DNA from: Thermotogota bacterium
GTDB lineage: Bacteria > Thermotogota > Thermotogae > MWEM01
Reading direction: 5' to 3'
DNA: 64,000 nucleotides
Assembly (NCBI GenBank): GCA_035447925.1
Contig: DAOTHY010000001.1
Location: forward strand, 201,004-265,003
In this document: positions 26,446-36,243 of the stretch, piece by piece
How the letters are laid out: each line of letters opens with the position of its first letter
Numbering within the stretch: position 1 is the stretch's first letter
The notes under the pieces: model-generated
What the model was told of the DNA's origin: nothing
What the model saw: the letters and a program-made list of their open reading frames with translations, nothing else
The model's database searches: none
Translations under genes and position numbers: made by a program

Positions 26446-27332
26446 TGCGTTTCCTTTGTCTGCTTGATTTCTAATGAGGTAAATCCTCCGTAAAATTCAT
26501 TCAGATATTCCATGTCTTTACCCATGACAATAGATGTGCCGTTTTTCATGGAATTTTTATAAGCGGTCATAATTCTCCAAAATCTATAAAAATCAGGGTC
26601 TTGTGAAAAGGCATTCGCATAGATCTCCAAAGCCTGCGCATCTCCTTCACCACGGAGAACTTCTGCTGTTTTGTTAGCCTCTGCAATCAGGATATCTGCA
26701 TCCTTTTGAGCTCTGGCTCGCGTGTCTTGGGCTTGTCTTTCTCCTTCTGCTCTGATTAAAGATGCTTCTTTATTTCTCTCTGATTTCATTCTGTCGAAAA
26801 CCGCTTGAGCATTTGCTGAAGGCAAGTCGGTTCTTTTTACATCTACATCTAAAATATCAATCCCATATTGGTTCATTGTTTTTTCTGCTGTATCAGTAAT
26901 AGTTTGAAGTGTTCTTCTTCTTCTTTCAGAAATGATATCGCCTATATATAATTCTGCAAATTTATCCCTCAGTGTGGAATACACCACATCATCCAATCGT
27001 GTCAAAGCAGATGTGATTGTTTTCATGGTTTCTATGAACTGTTGCGGTTCAGATATACGCCATAAGACATATGTATCCACTTCAAGCCTTTTTTGATCTG
27101 TTGTTAAGATGCTTTCCGGAGGAATATCATATATTTGAATTCTTTTGTCCCTGGTCAAGATGGTGTCAATAAAGGGGGCTTTAAAATAGAGACCCGGTTC
27201 GGTGTTCACGGTTAGTATTTTTCCAAATCTGGTTCTAACAGCAACTTCAGCTTGATCTACTTGATATGTGAATAAAGCAAAAACGATAAAAAACAGGATA
27301 AAAACAACTAAAGTCCAGACGACTTTTTTCAT
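26442..27332 (-). CDS. hflC: Protease modulator HflC
   Basis: RFGK..PGLYFKAPFID, DQKRLEVD, DVKRTDLP, RMKSER, GEGDA, DPDFYRF. Confidence 0.93.
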   Translation of the reverse strand: MKKVVWTLVVFILFFIVFALFTYQVDQAEVAVRTRFGKILTVNTEPGLYFKAPFIDTILTRDKRIQIYDIPPESILTTDQKRLEVDTYVLWRISEPQQFIETMKTITSALTRLDDVVYSTLRDKFAELYIGDIISERRRRTLQTITDTAEKTMNQYGIDILDVDVKRTDLPSANAQAVFDRMKSERNKEASLIRAEGERQAQDTRARAQKDADILIAEANKTAEVLRGEGDAQALEIYANAFSQDPDFYRFWRIMTAYKNSMKNGTSIVMGKDMEYLNEFYGGFTSLEIKQTKETQ

Positions 27333-28303
27333 TTTGAATCACCTCCGGAAAGTATGCCGTCAAGATCCAGGAAGTTCAATGTGTCGTTGTTTTCATTAAA
27401 CAAAAGAATTTTTTTTGCATCGGGAAGAATCTCTTCCATGGTTTCAATATAAAGTCTTGTCCGGGTAATTTCAGGAGCTTCAATGTACTTTTCAAGAATG
27501 TTGACGAATCGTGCAACTTCACCCTGAGCATTCAAGATTTGAATTTCTTTATAGGCAGATGCTTCCTGGACAGTTTGTGAGGCTTGCCCCTGTGCCCTTG
27601 GAACAATATCATTATAATAAGCTAATGCGTCGTTAATGGTCTTTTCCTTGTCCTGCAAAGAACTGTTGACATCATCAAAGGCAGCTAATACCTGATCAGG
27701 GGGATTGACTTCCTGTAATCGAACATTTTCAACCTTTATGCCTACTTGGTATTTGTCAAGAGCCTCTTGAATCGCTTGTTTAGATTCAATCGCAATGGCA
27801 TCTCGGTCGCTTGTTAAAACTTCATTCACTGTTCTTTGGGCGACTCTCTCTCTGATCATGGCTTCTGCCACATATTTTACGATAGTATCAGGCTCTTTTA
27901 CGTTAAAAGCATATAATTCTGGTTCTTTGACACGGTACTGAATTGCCGATTCAACATCCGCAAAATTGTTATCTCCAGTCATCATTAGCGATTCTTTGTC
28001 CACATCTGAGTATCTTCCTGGAGCAGTTGTCCTAAAACCTATTTCAATTTTTCTCAAGGTTAACACATCTACAATTGTTACCGATTCAAATGGAGCCGGC
28101 AGATGATAGTTGATTCCAGGTTCATCTGTTCTTACAAATTTCCCAAACCTCTTAACTAAGCCCACTTCAGAAGGTTCTACCTGATAAATTCCCGTGGCAA
28201 AATAAAGGCCAATAATAATCAGTATCACTAAAACTGAAAAGGTACTGATAAACTTTTTTACTTTTTCGATGGTATCCTGTTGTCTATCAAAATCTCCTTC
28301 CAT
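27329..28303 (-). CDS. hflK: Protease modulator HflK
   Basis: RFGKF..PGINYHLPAPFE, MMTGDNN, VNPPDQV..AFDDV, AQGEVARF, TRTRLYIETMEEI. Confidence 0.93.
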   Translation of the reverse strand: MEGDFDRQQDTIEKVKKFISTFSVLVILIIIGLYFATGIYQVEPSEVGLVKRFGKFVRTDEPGINYHLPAPFESVTIVDVLTLRKIEIGFRTTAPGRYSDVDKESLMMTGDNNFADVESAIQYRVKEPELYAFNVKEPDTIVKYVAEAMIRERVAQRTVNEVLTSDRDAIAIESKQAIQEALDKYQVGIKVENVRLQEVNPPDQVLAAFDDVNSSLQDKEKTINDALAYYNDIVPRAQGQASQTVQEASAYKEIQILNAQGEVARFVNILEKYIEAPEITRTRLYIETMEEILPDAKKILLFNENNDTLNFLDLDGILSGGDSK

Positions 28304-28321
28304 TCTTACACCTCCACCATT

Positions 28322-29092
28322 TCAACATTTTGGTAATGCAAATAAATCTGCTGCATTCTCACATAAAATTTCTTCTAAATCTATAATAGGTATTTTTTTT
28401 ATTTTTGCAATTTCCTGAGCGACATATTGAACAAAAGCGGGCTCATTTCGATGACCTCTTTTTGGAACGGGAGTTAAATAAGGACAATCGGTTTCAATAA
28501 TAAGGTTTTCAACGGGTATTTTTTTAATAGTGTCTCGAAGATCTTGATTTTTCTTGAATGTGATGGGTCCACCAATACCCAAGTATAAATTCAAATCAAT
28601 AAACTGTCTGGCATGATGCTCATTTGATAGAAAACTGTGTACCACACCACCGGCTTTGGGTATCCCTTCTATTCTTAGAATTTCGATCATTTCTTCGTAA
28701 GCATCTCTAATATGTAGAACAATCGGAAGATTGACTTCATTGGCAAAACGGAGAAAACGAACAAAGCAAGCCTTTTGGACCTTAGGAGTTGAATAATTTT
28801 TATAGAAATCCAGCCCGATTTCTCCGATTCCAACGACTCGATCCAATTTTGACAATTCTCTGATACGTTCAAACCCCTCATTATTCAGTTCTTTTGCATC
28901 GTGAGGGTGGACACCGATGACCGCAAAAACATGATCATTTTGATAAGCTAAAGACAAAGCCTGCTCTGATGTTGCACAATTCACACCAATTTCAATAACA
29001 TACTTTATATCCTTCCCGATAGAAGTAAGAATTTCGTTACGATCATGATCAAATTGTTTATCCCATAAGTGAGTGTGTGTGTCAATCCACAT
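28322..29092 (-). CDS. tatD: TatD family hydrolase/DNase
   Basis: DTHTH, GVHPH, GEIGLD, LHIRDA, GVVHSF, ETDCPYL. Confidence 0.93.
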   Translation of the reverse strand: MWIDTHTHLWDKQFDHDRNEILTSIGKDIKYVIEIGVNCATSEQALSLAYQNDHVFAVIGVHPHDAKELNNEGFERIRELSKLDRVVGIGEIGLDFYKNYSTPKVQKACFVRFLRFANEVNLPIVLHIRDAYEEMIEILRIEGIPKAGGVVHSFLSNEHHARQFIDLNLYLGIGGPITFKKNQDLRDTIKKIPVENLIIETDCPYLTPVPKRGHRNEPAFVQYVAQEIAKIKKIPIIDLEEILCENAADLFALPKC

Positions 29093-29099
29093 CTTTGAC

Positions 29100-30143
29100 T
29101 TAACCTTTCATCAATTTTGATAGATTTTCTGAATAGGGTGGATAGACAATCCCCTTTTCAGTGACAATCGCCGTAATATTCTCGGACGGTGTCACATCAA
29201 AAGCAGGATTATAAACAGAAATATTCAAAGGAGCTACCTGTTGTCCTTTAAACATTGTAATCTCCTCATGCGATCTTTCCTCAATAGGGATGTCATTACC
29301 ACTTACCGTTGCCAAATCTATTGTTGGAGTTGGCGCTGCAATGTAAAATGGAATATGAAATTCTTTTGCCAAAACAGACAATGTCATGGTGCCAATTTTA
29401 TTGGCAGCATCACCATTAGCAGCTACCCTGTCGCATCCAACGATCACTGCATCGATCTTTCCTTGAGACATAACAACGCCTGCCATGTTATCACAGATCA
29501 GGGTCACATCCATGCCGGCCTCAGATAATTCAAATGCCGTCAATCTGGCTCCCTGATTATACGGCCGTGTTTCGTCGGCGTAGATTTTAAAGCCCCAACC
29601 CCTTTCATGTCCCAAATACATGGGGGCAGTGGCAGTACCATATTTGTAAGTTGCCAAAGCTCCGGCGTTGCAGTGTGTTAACAACCCGCTTCCCTTTTCT
29701 AATAAGGTCAGAAGGTTTTCGCCTATATTTTTACAAATTTGGATATCTTCATTATTGATCAAAAGAGCTTCGGACAACAATTCTTTCTTTAACTCATCGA
29801 TGCCTTTTGCAGCATGCATCTGTGCGACGGCAGTCATTCTTTTAATAGCCCAATCCAAATTTACTGCAGTTGGTCTGGCTTGTACCAGATATTCTCCGTT
29901 TTTATCAAGCAATCTTAGCAAATCATCTGAAGAACCTTCAAAATCAAGAATCGAAAGGTACATACCATAGGCTGCTGTGATGCCAATCAAAGGTGCGCCT
30001 CTAAGCTCCATATCCCTAATTGCACAGAAAACCTCATCAAGGGTCTTTCTTCTATTGTAAACTATTTGCGTAGGAAGTTCTCTTTGATCAAGAATATCCA
30101 AGTGATCGTTTTTAAATATTAACGGTAAAAGTTCTTTCTTCAA
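29100..30143 (-). CDS. mtnA: S-methyl-5-thioribose-1-phosphate isomerase
   Basis: LDQRELP, LRGAPLIG, RPTAVNL, LTHCNAGALAT, ETRPYNQGARLT, ANKIGT, NPAFDVTP. Confidence 0.95.
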   Translation of the reverse strand: MKKELLPLIFKNDHLDILDQRELPTQIVYNRRKTLDEVFCAIRDMELRGAPLIGITAAYGMYLSILDFEGSSDDLLRLLDKNGEYLVQARPTAVNLDWAIKRMTAVAQMHAAKGIDELKKELLSEALLINNEDIQICKNIGENLLTLLEKGSGLLTHCNAGALATYKYGTATAPMYLGHERGWGFKIYADETRPYNQGARLTAFELSEAGMDVTLICDNMAGVVMSQGKIDAVIVGCDRVAANGDAANKIGTMTLSVLAKEFHIPFYIAAPTPTIDLATVSGNDIPIEERSHEEITMFKGQQVAPLNISVYNPAFDVTPSENITAIVTEKGIVYPPYSENLSKLMKG

Positions 30144-30159
30144 ATTCTTTCACTTCCCT

Positions 30160-32733
30160 TCAATTATCCAACCATCTAACGAGAGCGGTATCGTGTTTAT
30201 GCGGTAAAAGCTCATTGTAAGGAATTACACGGATACTGTAATCATAGCGCCCTCTTTCAGGCAAATGGGCTTTACCACGGTAAATATAAGTGTTATGGAG
30301 TGTTTGCTTTTCCATTTTCATCGGGAATATTTCATAGCCTTCCATTTCATTGTGAATATTGTATCTTGCAAAATATAGCTCCACTGAAAGAAATTCTGGT
30401 TCTATATCCCCTGAAAACAGCATGGCGGTAAAGTCAATGTCCATATTAACCGGGATCTCTTCACCTTGATTATATTGTGTTTCGGTGTTTATTCTTACAG
30501 CCTCCCATTCTGCCTTTATCTTTCTTTTCCACGAAGAAAGTTCTTTGGCATTTTTGTAATCATCGGCTTTAATCTTTTGACCATAGCGGTAAGCTGGAAT
30601 GTACAATTTATTCAAATAATCAATCAACATTCTGTGCGTGTTGAATTCAGGTATACACGATTCCATGGAATGTCGCATCATCTTGATAAAGCCATTAGGT
30701 AAACCTTCTTCATTTCTGTCATAATAGAGCGGAATGATTTCTTTTTCTAGGGTATCGTAAAAACTCACCGCATCAACAGTATCTTGAATGTTGGTGTCTT
30801 CGTACTCCCTTCCGTCTCCTATTACCCAGCCGTTGTTTCCATTATAGCCTTCAACCCACCATCCATCCAATACACTAAAGTTAACTCCGCCGTTTACCGG
30901 TACTTTTTGTCCGCTGGTACCACTTGCTTCATGTGGTCTTCTTGGTGTATTTAGCCAAATATCCACTCCTGAAACCAAAAATCGTGCAACCTCCATATCG
31001 TAATTTTCCAAAAAAACGATTTTGTTCTTATAAGGTTCTTCTCGAGTGATTTCGTAAACTCGTTTAATCAGTTCTTGGCCAGGTTTATCAGCGGGATGAG
31101 CTTTACCGGCAAATACAAATTGAACCGGGCGCTCTGAATTGGTGATAATGTTTTTAAGGCGTTCGATATTTCTCAACAGTAATGTAGCCCGCTTATAAGT
31201 TGCAAATCTTCTAGCAAAACCAATTGTAAGTGTATCAGGATCCAAAATACTTTCAATCTCACGCAATTGTTCAATGGTTTCGCCGTTTCTTTCTCTTTGT
31301 AATTTTATCCTCTGATGGATAAAATCAACCATTGATTTCTTCATCTTGCTCTTTACATTCCACAGAACCTTATCGGGTATATCTTCTAATCTTTTCCAAT
31401 ATTCCTTATTAAATAGATTGGACTTCCAATCTTGCAAATACTCATCATACATGTTACGCATATCGTTGTTCAACCAGGTTTCCAAATGAATGCCATTTGT
31501 GACATGATCAATGGGAATTTCCTGGACAGGAATATCATACCAGGCGTTTTTCCACATAGCACGAGAAACTTCGCCGTGTAATTTACTCACACCGTTTCTC
31601 CATGCTGTCATATTCAGAGCAAAAACGGTCAAGTTAAAAAGATTATGATCGCCCTCTTTTTCTATACCCAACTCTAAAAATTCTTTTCTGGAAATAGATA
31701 AACGACTCCAGAAATGAGCAAAATACTTTTCCATCATATGAATTGGAAAGGCATCGTTTCCAGCGGGAACGGGAGTGTGAGTTGTGAAAACAGTCTTTGC
31801 CCTAACTGCTTCTAGAGCTTCAAAGAAAGTTAAAGATTTGCCCTCCACTAATTCTCTGATTCTTTCCAAGGCCATAAAAACCGAATGGCCTTCGTTCATA
31901 TGCCAGACACTGGGTTTGTAGCCGGCCATTCTTAATGCTCTAACACCACCTATTCCCAATAAAATCTCCTGTTTTATTCGCATTTCTTGACCGCCGCCGT
32001 AGAGTTGTGAAGTGATTTCTCTGAATTTAGGCGGGTTTTCTTTGATATCGGTATCCAGCAATAAAAGGGTTGTTCGCATGATTTGAACTTTCCAGACCTT
32101 TGCGACAAGATTCCCATCGGGAAGGGGGACCGTTATCTTTATTTCCTCGTTTTGATCATTTTTAATGGGAATGACCGAGAAATCAGCAAAATCATATTCT
32201 GGGTAATCGGACTCCTGCCAGCCATGATTATTGATCTTTTGCTGAAAGTAGCCATTTCGATATAAAAGGCCAATTCCCAACAAAGGAATTCCCAAATCAC
32301 TAGCAGATTTAACATGATCCCCGGCGAGAATACCCAACCCACCGGAATAAATAGGAAGCGATTCATGAAGGCCAAATTCCGCTGAAAAATAGGCGATTAA
32401 AAGAGTTTCCTTTTCTTCTTCATTTAAAATTTCATTTTCATTGAAGTAAGTTTTTTTATCTGAGAGATATCGAGTGAATTTTTCATAAACATGATCATAT
32501 TTATTCAAATATTCTTCTGATTTTGATGCTTTGTCCAGCCGTTTTTGGCTGATATGTTTTAGAAACCGAACCGGGTTTCTTTGGACTATCTCCCATAAAT
32601 AGGGATTCATGTCTTCGAACAAACATCGAACCTCTGGGTTCCATGCATTCCAAAAGCTATATGCCAGTTCTCTCAGTCCCTTGATTCTGTCGGGTATATG
32701 TGGAACCACCGAAATACTGTTGAATTTGTTCAT
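30160..32733 (-). CDS. glgP: Alpha-glucan (glycogen/maltodextrin) phosphorylase
   Basis: YFSAEFGLHESLPIYSGGLG, HMNEGH, FARRFATYKRA, EASGTSGQK (PLP lysine). Confidence 0.96.
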   Translation of the reverse strand: MNKFNSISVVPHIPDRIKGLRELAYSFWNAWNPEVRCLFEDMNPYLWEIVQRNPVRFLKHISQKRLDKASKSEEYLNKYDHVYEKFTRYLSDKKTYFNENEILNEEEKETLLIAYFSAEFGLHESLPIYSGGLGILAGDHVKSASDLGIPLLGIGLLYRNGYFQQKINNHGWQESDYPEYDFADFSVIPIKNDQNEEIKITVPLPDGNLVAKVWKVQIMRTTLLLLDTDIKENPPKFREITSQLYGGGQEMRIKQEILLGIGGVRALRMAGYKPSVWHMNEGHSVFMALERIRELVEGKSLTFFEALEAVRAKTVFTTHTPVPAGNDAFPIHMMEKYFAHFWSRLSISRKEFLELGIEKEGDHNLFNLTVFALNMTAWRNGVSKLHGEVSRAMWKNAWYDIPVQEIPIDHVTNGIHLETWLNNDMRNMYDEYLQDWKSNLFNKEYWKRLEDIPDKVLWNVKSKMKKSMVDFIHQRIKLQRERNGETIEQLREIESILDPDTLTIGFARRFATYKRATLLLRNIERLKNIITNSERPVQFVFAGKAHPADKPGQELIKRVYEITREEPYKNKIVFLENYDMEVARFLVSGVDIWLNTPRRPHEASGTSGQKVPVNGGVNFSVLDGWWVEGYNGNNGWVIGDGREYEDTNIQDTVDAVSFYDTLEKEIIPLYYDRNEEGLPNGFIKMMRHSMESCIPEFNTHRMLIDYLNKLYIPAYRYGQKIKADDYKNAKELSSWKRKIKAEWEAVRINTETQYNQGEEIPVNMDIDFTAMLFSGDIEPEFLSVELYFARYNIHNEMEGYEIFPMKMEKQTLHNTYIYRGKAHLPERGRYDYSIRVIPYNELLPHKHDTALVRWLDN

Positions 32734-32762
32734 GCCTAACCTCCCAAAGCAATATTGGATTT

Positions 32763-32771
32763 ATTATAGCA
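32763..32771 (-). promoter_or_regulatory. Extended -10 promoter of the glgP operon
   Basis: TGCTATAAT on minus strand about 30 nt upstream of glgP ATG. Confidence 0.6.
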
Positions 32772-32795
32772 TATCCCTTTTTTGCGATTATTTTT

Positions 32796-33623
32796 CTACT
32801 TTTGAATGGCTTTCACCAATCCTTTTTTTCTTTTTAAGAGCGTTGAAATAAAAAAAGAGGCTGAAAGCAGAAGGATAATCATGGCACCTGAAGGAATATT
32901 TAAATAGAAAGAGAGCCAAATGCCACTTATACTGATGATCATTCCAATCAATCCGGAAATGATCATTAATTTTTTTAGATTGAAAGTGAAGTGTTTGGCG
33001 ATTGCCGTTGGAGCTGTAAGCAATGCGATGACTAAAATAATTCCTACCACTCGAATCAAAACAACAATACTCAAGGCAATCAGTAAAAACATAAAGTATT
33101 CCATGAAACAAGTGTTCATGCCGATGATAAAAGAGAACTCATCATCGAACAAATATGATAACCATCGGCTGAAAAATGCCACAATTACAAATACAGTAAA
33201 AACAGCTAAAGCGAATATGATGTACAAATCAAAACGTGTGACGGTTAAAATATCACCAAAGAGATAAGATGCCATATCAGGGGGGTATCCTGGTGAAAGA
33301 TAGATGAATAAAATTCCCAGGGCCATCCCACTTGACCAAAGTATGCCAATCAGAGTATCTGTATTGGTGTTGGTTTTTCTTTTAATGGTGGTGATTAACA
33401 GTGATGAGCCTACTGAGAAAAATATAGCACCTAAGATGGGTTCGAAACCCAACCAATAGCCTAAGCCGATACCTCCAAAAGCTGTGTGGGCAATACCACC
33501 ACTCATCATCACAAGCTTTTTTTCCACAACAATCGTCCCGATAATGCCACAAACGATACTTGCTATAATAGCTGTCATTAAAGCATTTTGCATGAATTGA
33601 TAATTTAAAATAGCTTCAATCAT
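32796..33623 (-). CDS. znuB: Zn/Mn ABC transporter permease
   Basis: IAHTAFGG, YLFGDIL, VVGIILVIALLTAP, PSGAMII. Confidence 0.9.
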   Translation of the reverse strand: MIEAILNYQFMQNALMTAIIASIVCGIIGTIVVEKKLVMMSGGIAHTAFGGIGLGYWLGFEPILGAIFFSVGSSLLITTIKRKTNTNTDTLIGILWSSGMALGILFIYLSPGYPPDMASYLFGDILTVTRFDLYIIFALAVFTVFVIVAFFSRWLSYLFDDEFSFIIGMNTCFMEYFMFLLIALSIVVLIRVVGIILVIALLTAPTAIAKHFTFNLKKLMIISGLIGMIISISGIWLSFYLNIPSGAMIILLLSASFFISTLLKRKKGLVKAIQK

Positions 33624-34398
33624 GATAAATCTCCTTATCCTCTTTAAAAACTCTATGTGGTATGCCATGAGCAATGAGATCCACGGGACATCCGAATGTA
33701 TCGTCTATGATCCCCTGTGTTAATTGATCAGTGCCGTGATAATGAATTTTTCTGTTTAAACACGCAACTGTATCAAAATAAGAAGAAATAGCCCCTATGT
33801 CGTGAGTGACGATGATGATAGTTATTTCAGGTACAAGATGATGAAGAATTTGATAAATCTGATTTTTTGTTTGTGTATCAATACTAGCAGTAGGTTCATC
33901 CAGTAATAGAATTTTGGGGTCTTTAACTAAGGCTCGACCAATAAGAACCTTTTGAAGCTGGCCTCCAGATAAATGACCAATTTGTCTGTCCTTTAAATCC
34001 AATAATCCCAATTGTTCTAATATTCCATGACTTTTTCGATAATTATCCATAGAGTATTTCTTAAAGGGAATCAAATGATTGTTTAATGTTCCTGTTAATA
34101 TAACTTCTTCTACTTTGATTGGAAATAATTTGTCAAATTGTGCCGCTTGAGGAACATACCCAAGCCACCCTTTTTCTCTTGCTGCTTTTGCTTCTTCTCC
34201 AAAAATGGAGATCTCTCCGGAATCTATTTTAATCAAACCACAGATGACTTTTAAAAGTGTAGTTTTCCCGCCCCCATTAGGACCAATTATTGCCGTCATT
34301 TCCGATGCTGGGAAATTGACTGAAATATCTGAAAGGACCTGCTTACTTCCGTAAGATACATTGACTTGATTTAATGCGATGGCAATGTTATTGTCCAT
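33616..34398 (-). CDS. znuC: Zn/Mn ABC transporter ATP-binding protein
   Basis: GPNGGGKTT, LGYVPQ, LSGGQLQK, LLDEPT, VTHD. Confidence 0.9.
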   Translation of the reverse strand: MDNNIAIALNQVNVSYGSKQVLSDISVNFPASEMTAIIGPNGGGKTTLLKVICGLIKIDSGEISIFGEEAKAAREKGWLGYVPQAAQFDKLFPIKVEEVILTGTLNNHLIPFKKYSMDNYRKSHGILEQLGLLDLKDRQIGHLSGGQLQKVLIGRALVKDPKILLLDEPTASIDTQTKNQIYQILHHLVPEITIIIVTHDIGAISSYFDTVACLNRKIHYHGTDQLTQGIIDDTFGCPVDLIAHGIPHRVFKEDKEIYHD

Positions 34399-35239
34399 CC
34401 TGTTCTCCCAAAACATCTTTGAAAATCTGCCCCATACTTAAAAGATTATTGATATAATCCGCTGACAAAGGATCCAGTTTCAAAGCTTTTCCGTTAATCT
34501 CATGGGCAAAAGAATCAGTTTGAGAACTGTCTATTTCCGCTTGATAGAAGATGACCTTATAGTTATTTTCTCTTGCAAAAGCTACCATTTCTGCAATTCT
34601 TTTAGGCGAGGCCTCTTTGCCGTTATCTTCCAATGCATACATATTCAAACCATAATCATCTGCAAAATATCCGAAAGAAGGATGATAACAAAAAAACCCC
34701 TTGTTTTCAATTTTAGAGAGGTTTTCATTCAAATGTTGATGTGTCATTGTTAGCTTGTTGATAAAGTTCTGGGCATTCTGACGATAATATAGATCATTTT
34801 CGGGATCTAATGAGCATAAATAATCTCGTATGACTTCCACCATTATCATGACTCTTTTAGGCGAGAGCCAAATATGAGGATCTCTTACATTTTCGTTAAA
34901 ATACCTCGGTTGATAAACCTTATCAACAGCCTCTTGCAATGAGACAAGTTTCACATGAGGAGCATTTTTTGCCAATTTCGGTAAAATATTGGATAATTCA
35001 GCGGGTACACCAATTGTGAAATAAACAGATGATCGTGAAAATTCAATAATTTGTTTTGCTGTTGGGGCGTAATTTGAAGGACTATAACCCGGAGGGATAA
35101 TCACCGTGATATCAACCAATTCCTTTCCAACCGCTTCCACAAAAGTTTTTTGTGGAATGATAGAGACAGATATTTTCATGATAGAGAAAATGCTTAATTC
35201 AAAAACTAAGAAAACAATCAGTAAGAAGGTTTTTTTCAT
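34388..35239 (-). CDS. znuA: Zn ABC transporter substrate-binding protein
   Basis: Signal peptide, PPGYSPSNY, DPHIWLSP, YHPSFGYFADDYGL, LDPL. Confidence 0.88.
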   Translation of the reverse strand: MKKTFLLIVFLVFELSIFSIMKISVSIIPQKTFVEAVGKELVDITVIIPPGYSPSNYAPTAKQIIEFSRSSVYFTIGVPAELSNILPKLAKNAPHVKLVSLQEAVDKVYQPRYFNENVRDPHIWLSPKRVMIMVEVIRDYLCSLDPENDLYYRQNAQNFINKLTMTHQHLNENLSKIENKGFFCYHPSFGYFADDYGLNMYALEDNGKEASPKRIAEMVAFARENNYKVIFYQAEIDSSQTDSFAHEINGKALKLDPLSADYINNLLSMGQIFKDVLGEQDGQ

Positions 35240-35240
35240 C

Positions 35241-35630
35241 TTATTCTCCTTTACAATTTTCACACAAACCTGTGAAATAAAAAATATGTGAATGGATATT
35301 GAAATGGTACTTTTTCAATACCATTTCTTCTAATGACTGCGCCATACACTGATCAAATACCTGAATATTCTGGCACTTCTCGCAGTACAGAAAATGCTTG
35401 AATTTATCTTTGCAAAAAAAGAAACGAACGTTTTTCCCGAAAGAAGCAGAATCCACATAAGATCTTTTTTCTAAGTAATCAATTGCCCGATAAATAGTGG
35501 ACAAATTCATTTTCGCATCAAAAGAGATAGAGGACGCTTCTAATGTCCTTTTGATTTGTTCTGCTGTTAGAGGTTTTTTAGCATGACTTAAAATTTCAAA
35601 AATCCGCTGACGGTTTTTTGTGAATCTCAT
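35241..35630 (-). CDS. zur: Fur family regulator, Zur-like
   Basis: TKNRQRI, LSTIYRAI, HFLYCEKC, GLCENC; first gene of the Zn-ABC operon. Confidence 0.82.
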   Translation of the reverse strand: MRFTKNRQRIFEILSHAKKPLTAEQIKRTLEASSISFDAKMNLSTIYRAIDYLEKRSYVDSASFGKNVRFFFCKDKFKHFLYCEKCQNIQVFDQCMAQSLEEMVLKKYHFNIHSHIFYFTGLCENCKGE

Positions 35631-35643
35631 AAGATCACCTATT

Positions 35644-35658
35644 TGCAAACGATTCGCA
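35644..35658. promoter_or_regulatory. Candidate Fur-family (Zur) operator, imperfect 7-1-7 palindrome
   Basis: TGCAAAC-G-ATTCGCA between an extended -10 (TGGTAGAAT, minus strand) and the zur SD. Confidence 0.5.
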
Positions 35659-35690
35659 TTTTCTGGTTTTATTCTACCATATACTCTAAT

Positions 35691-35723
35691 AAAAAAAAAG
35701 GGTCCATACTAAATGACCCTTTT
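35691..35723 (-). terminator. Intrinsic terminator ending the sulfo-TK operon
   Basis: Minus strand AAAAGGGTCAT-loop-ATGGACCC followed by T9. Confidence 0.75.
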
Positions 35724-35769
35724 ATTTGTTTTTTGCTTTTTCTAGTATTCTTTTTTTGATATCAATGTG

Positions 35770-36243
35770 TTATTTGAAATTCTCATCTTCTATGGTTTGA
35801 ACCTGTTCAAATGCATTGGTTAAGAATTCTCGTTTAAATTCAAACCCTTCAAGAAATTCAGTGTTCAGCCATCTATCCAACATATCTATTGCTTCTTGAG
35901 GAGCCAGTTTCCAGCCTCCCATGGTTAATATATTGGCATTATTGATGACTTTACACATCTTTGCCGCATAAGATCCCTCTACAACAGCTGCATAAACGCC
36001 TTTGAATTTGTTGGCTACAATCGCCATGCCCATACCGGTACCACAACACAATAACCCCTTTTCAAATTCCCCTGATTGCACCTTTTTGGCAACCTTTGAG
36101 GCTACTTCATAATACGCTTGAAAATCGTCCGAATTTTGCATGCCTAAATCTTCAATCTCATATCCCTTTTCAATCAAATGTTCTTTTAAGGCTTCTTTTA
36201 AAGAAAATCCCGATTTATCTGCACCCATGACAATCTTTTTCAT
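35770..36243 (-). CDS. RpiB/LacA/LacB family isomerase, probable sulfoerythrose isomerase (SqwI-like)
   Basis: CGTGMG and ANKFKG retained; DH changed to DK, HN to IN, no C-terminal RH motif; lies in the sulfosugar cluster. Confidence 0.8.
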   Translation of the reverse strand: MKKIVMGADKSGFSLKEALKEHLIEKGYEIEDLGMQNSDDFQAYYEVASKVAKKVQSGEFEKGLLCCGTGMGMAIVANKFKGVYAAVVEGSYAAKMCKVINNANILTMGGWKLAPQEAIDMLDRWLNTEFLEGFEFKREFLTNAFEQVQTIEDENFK

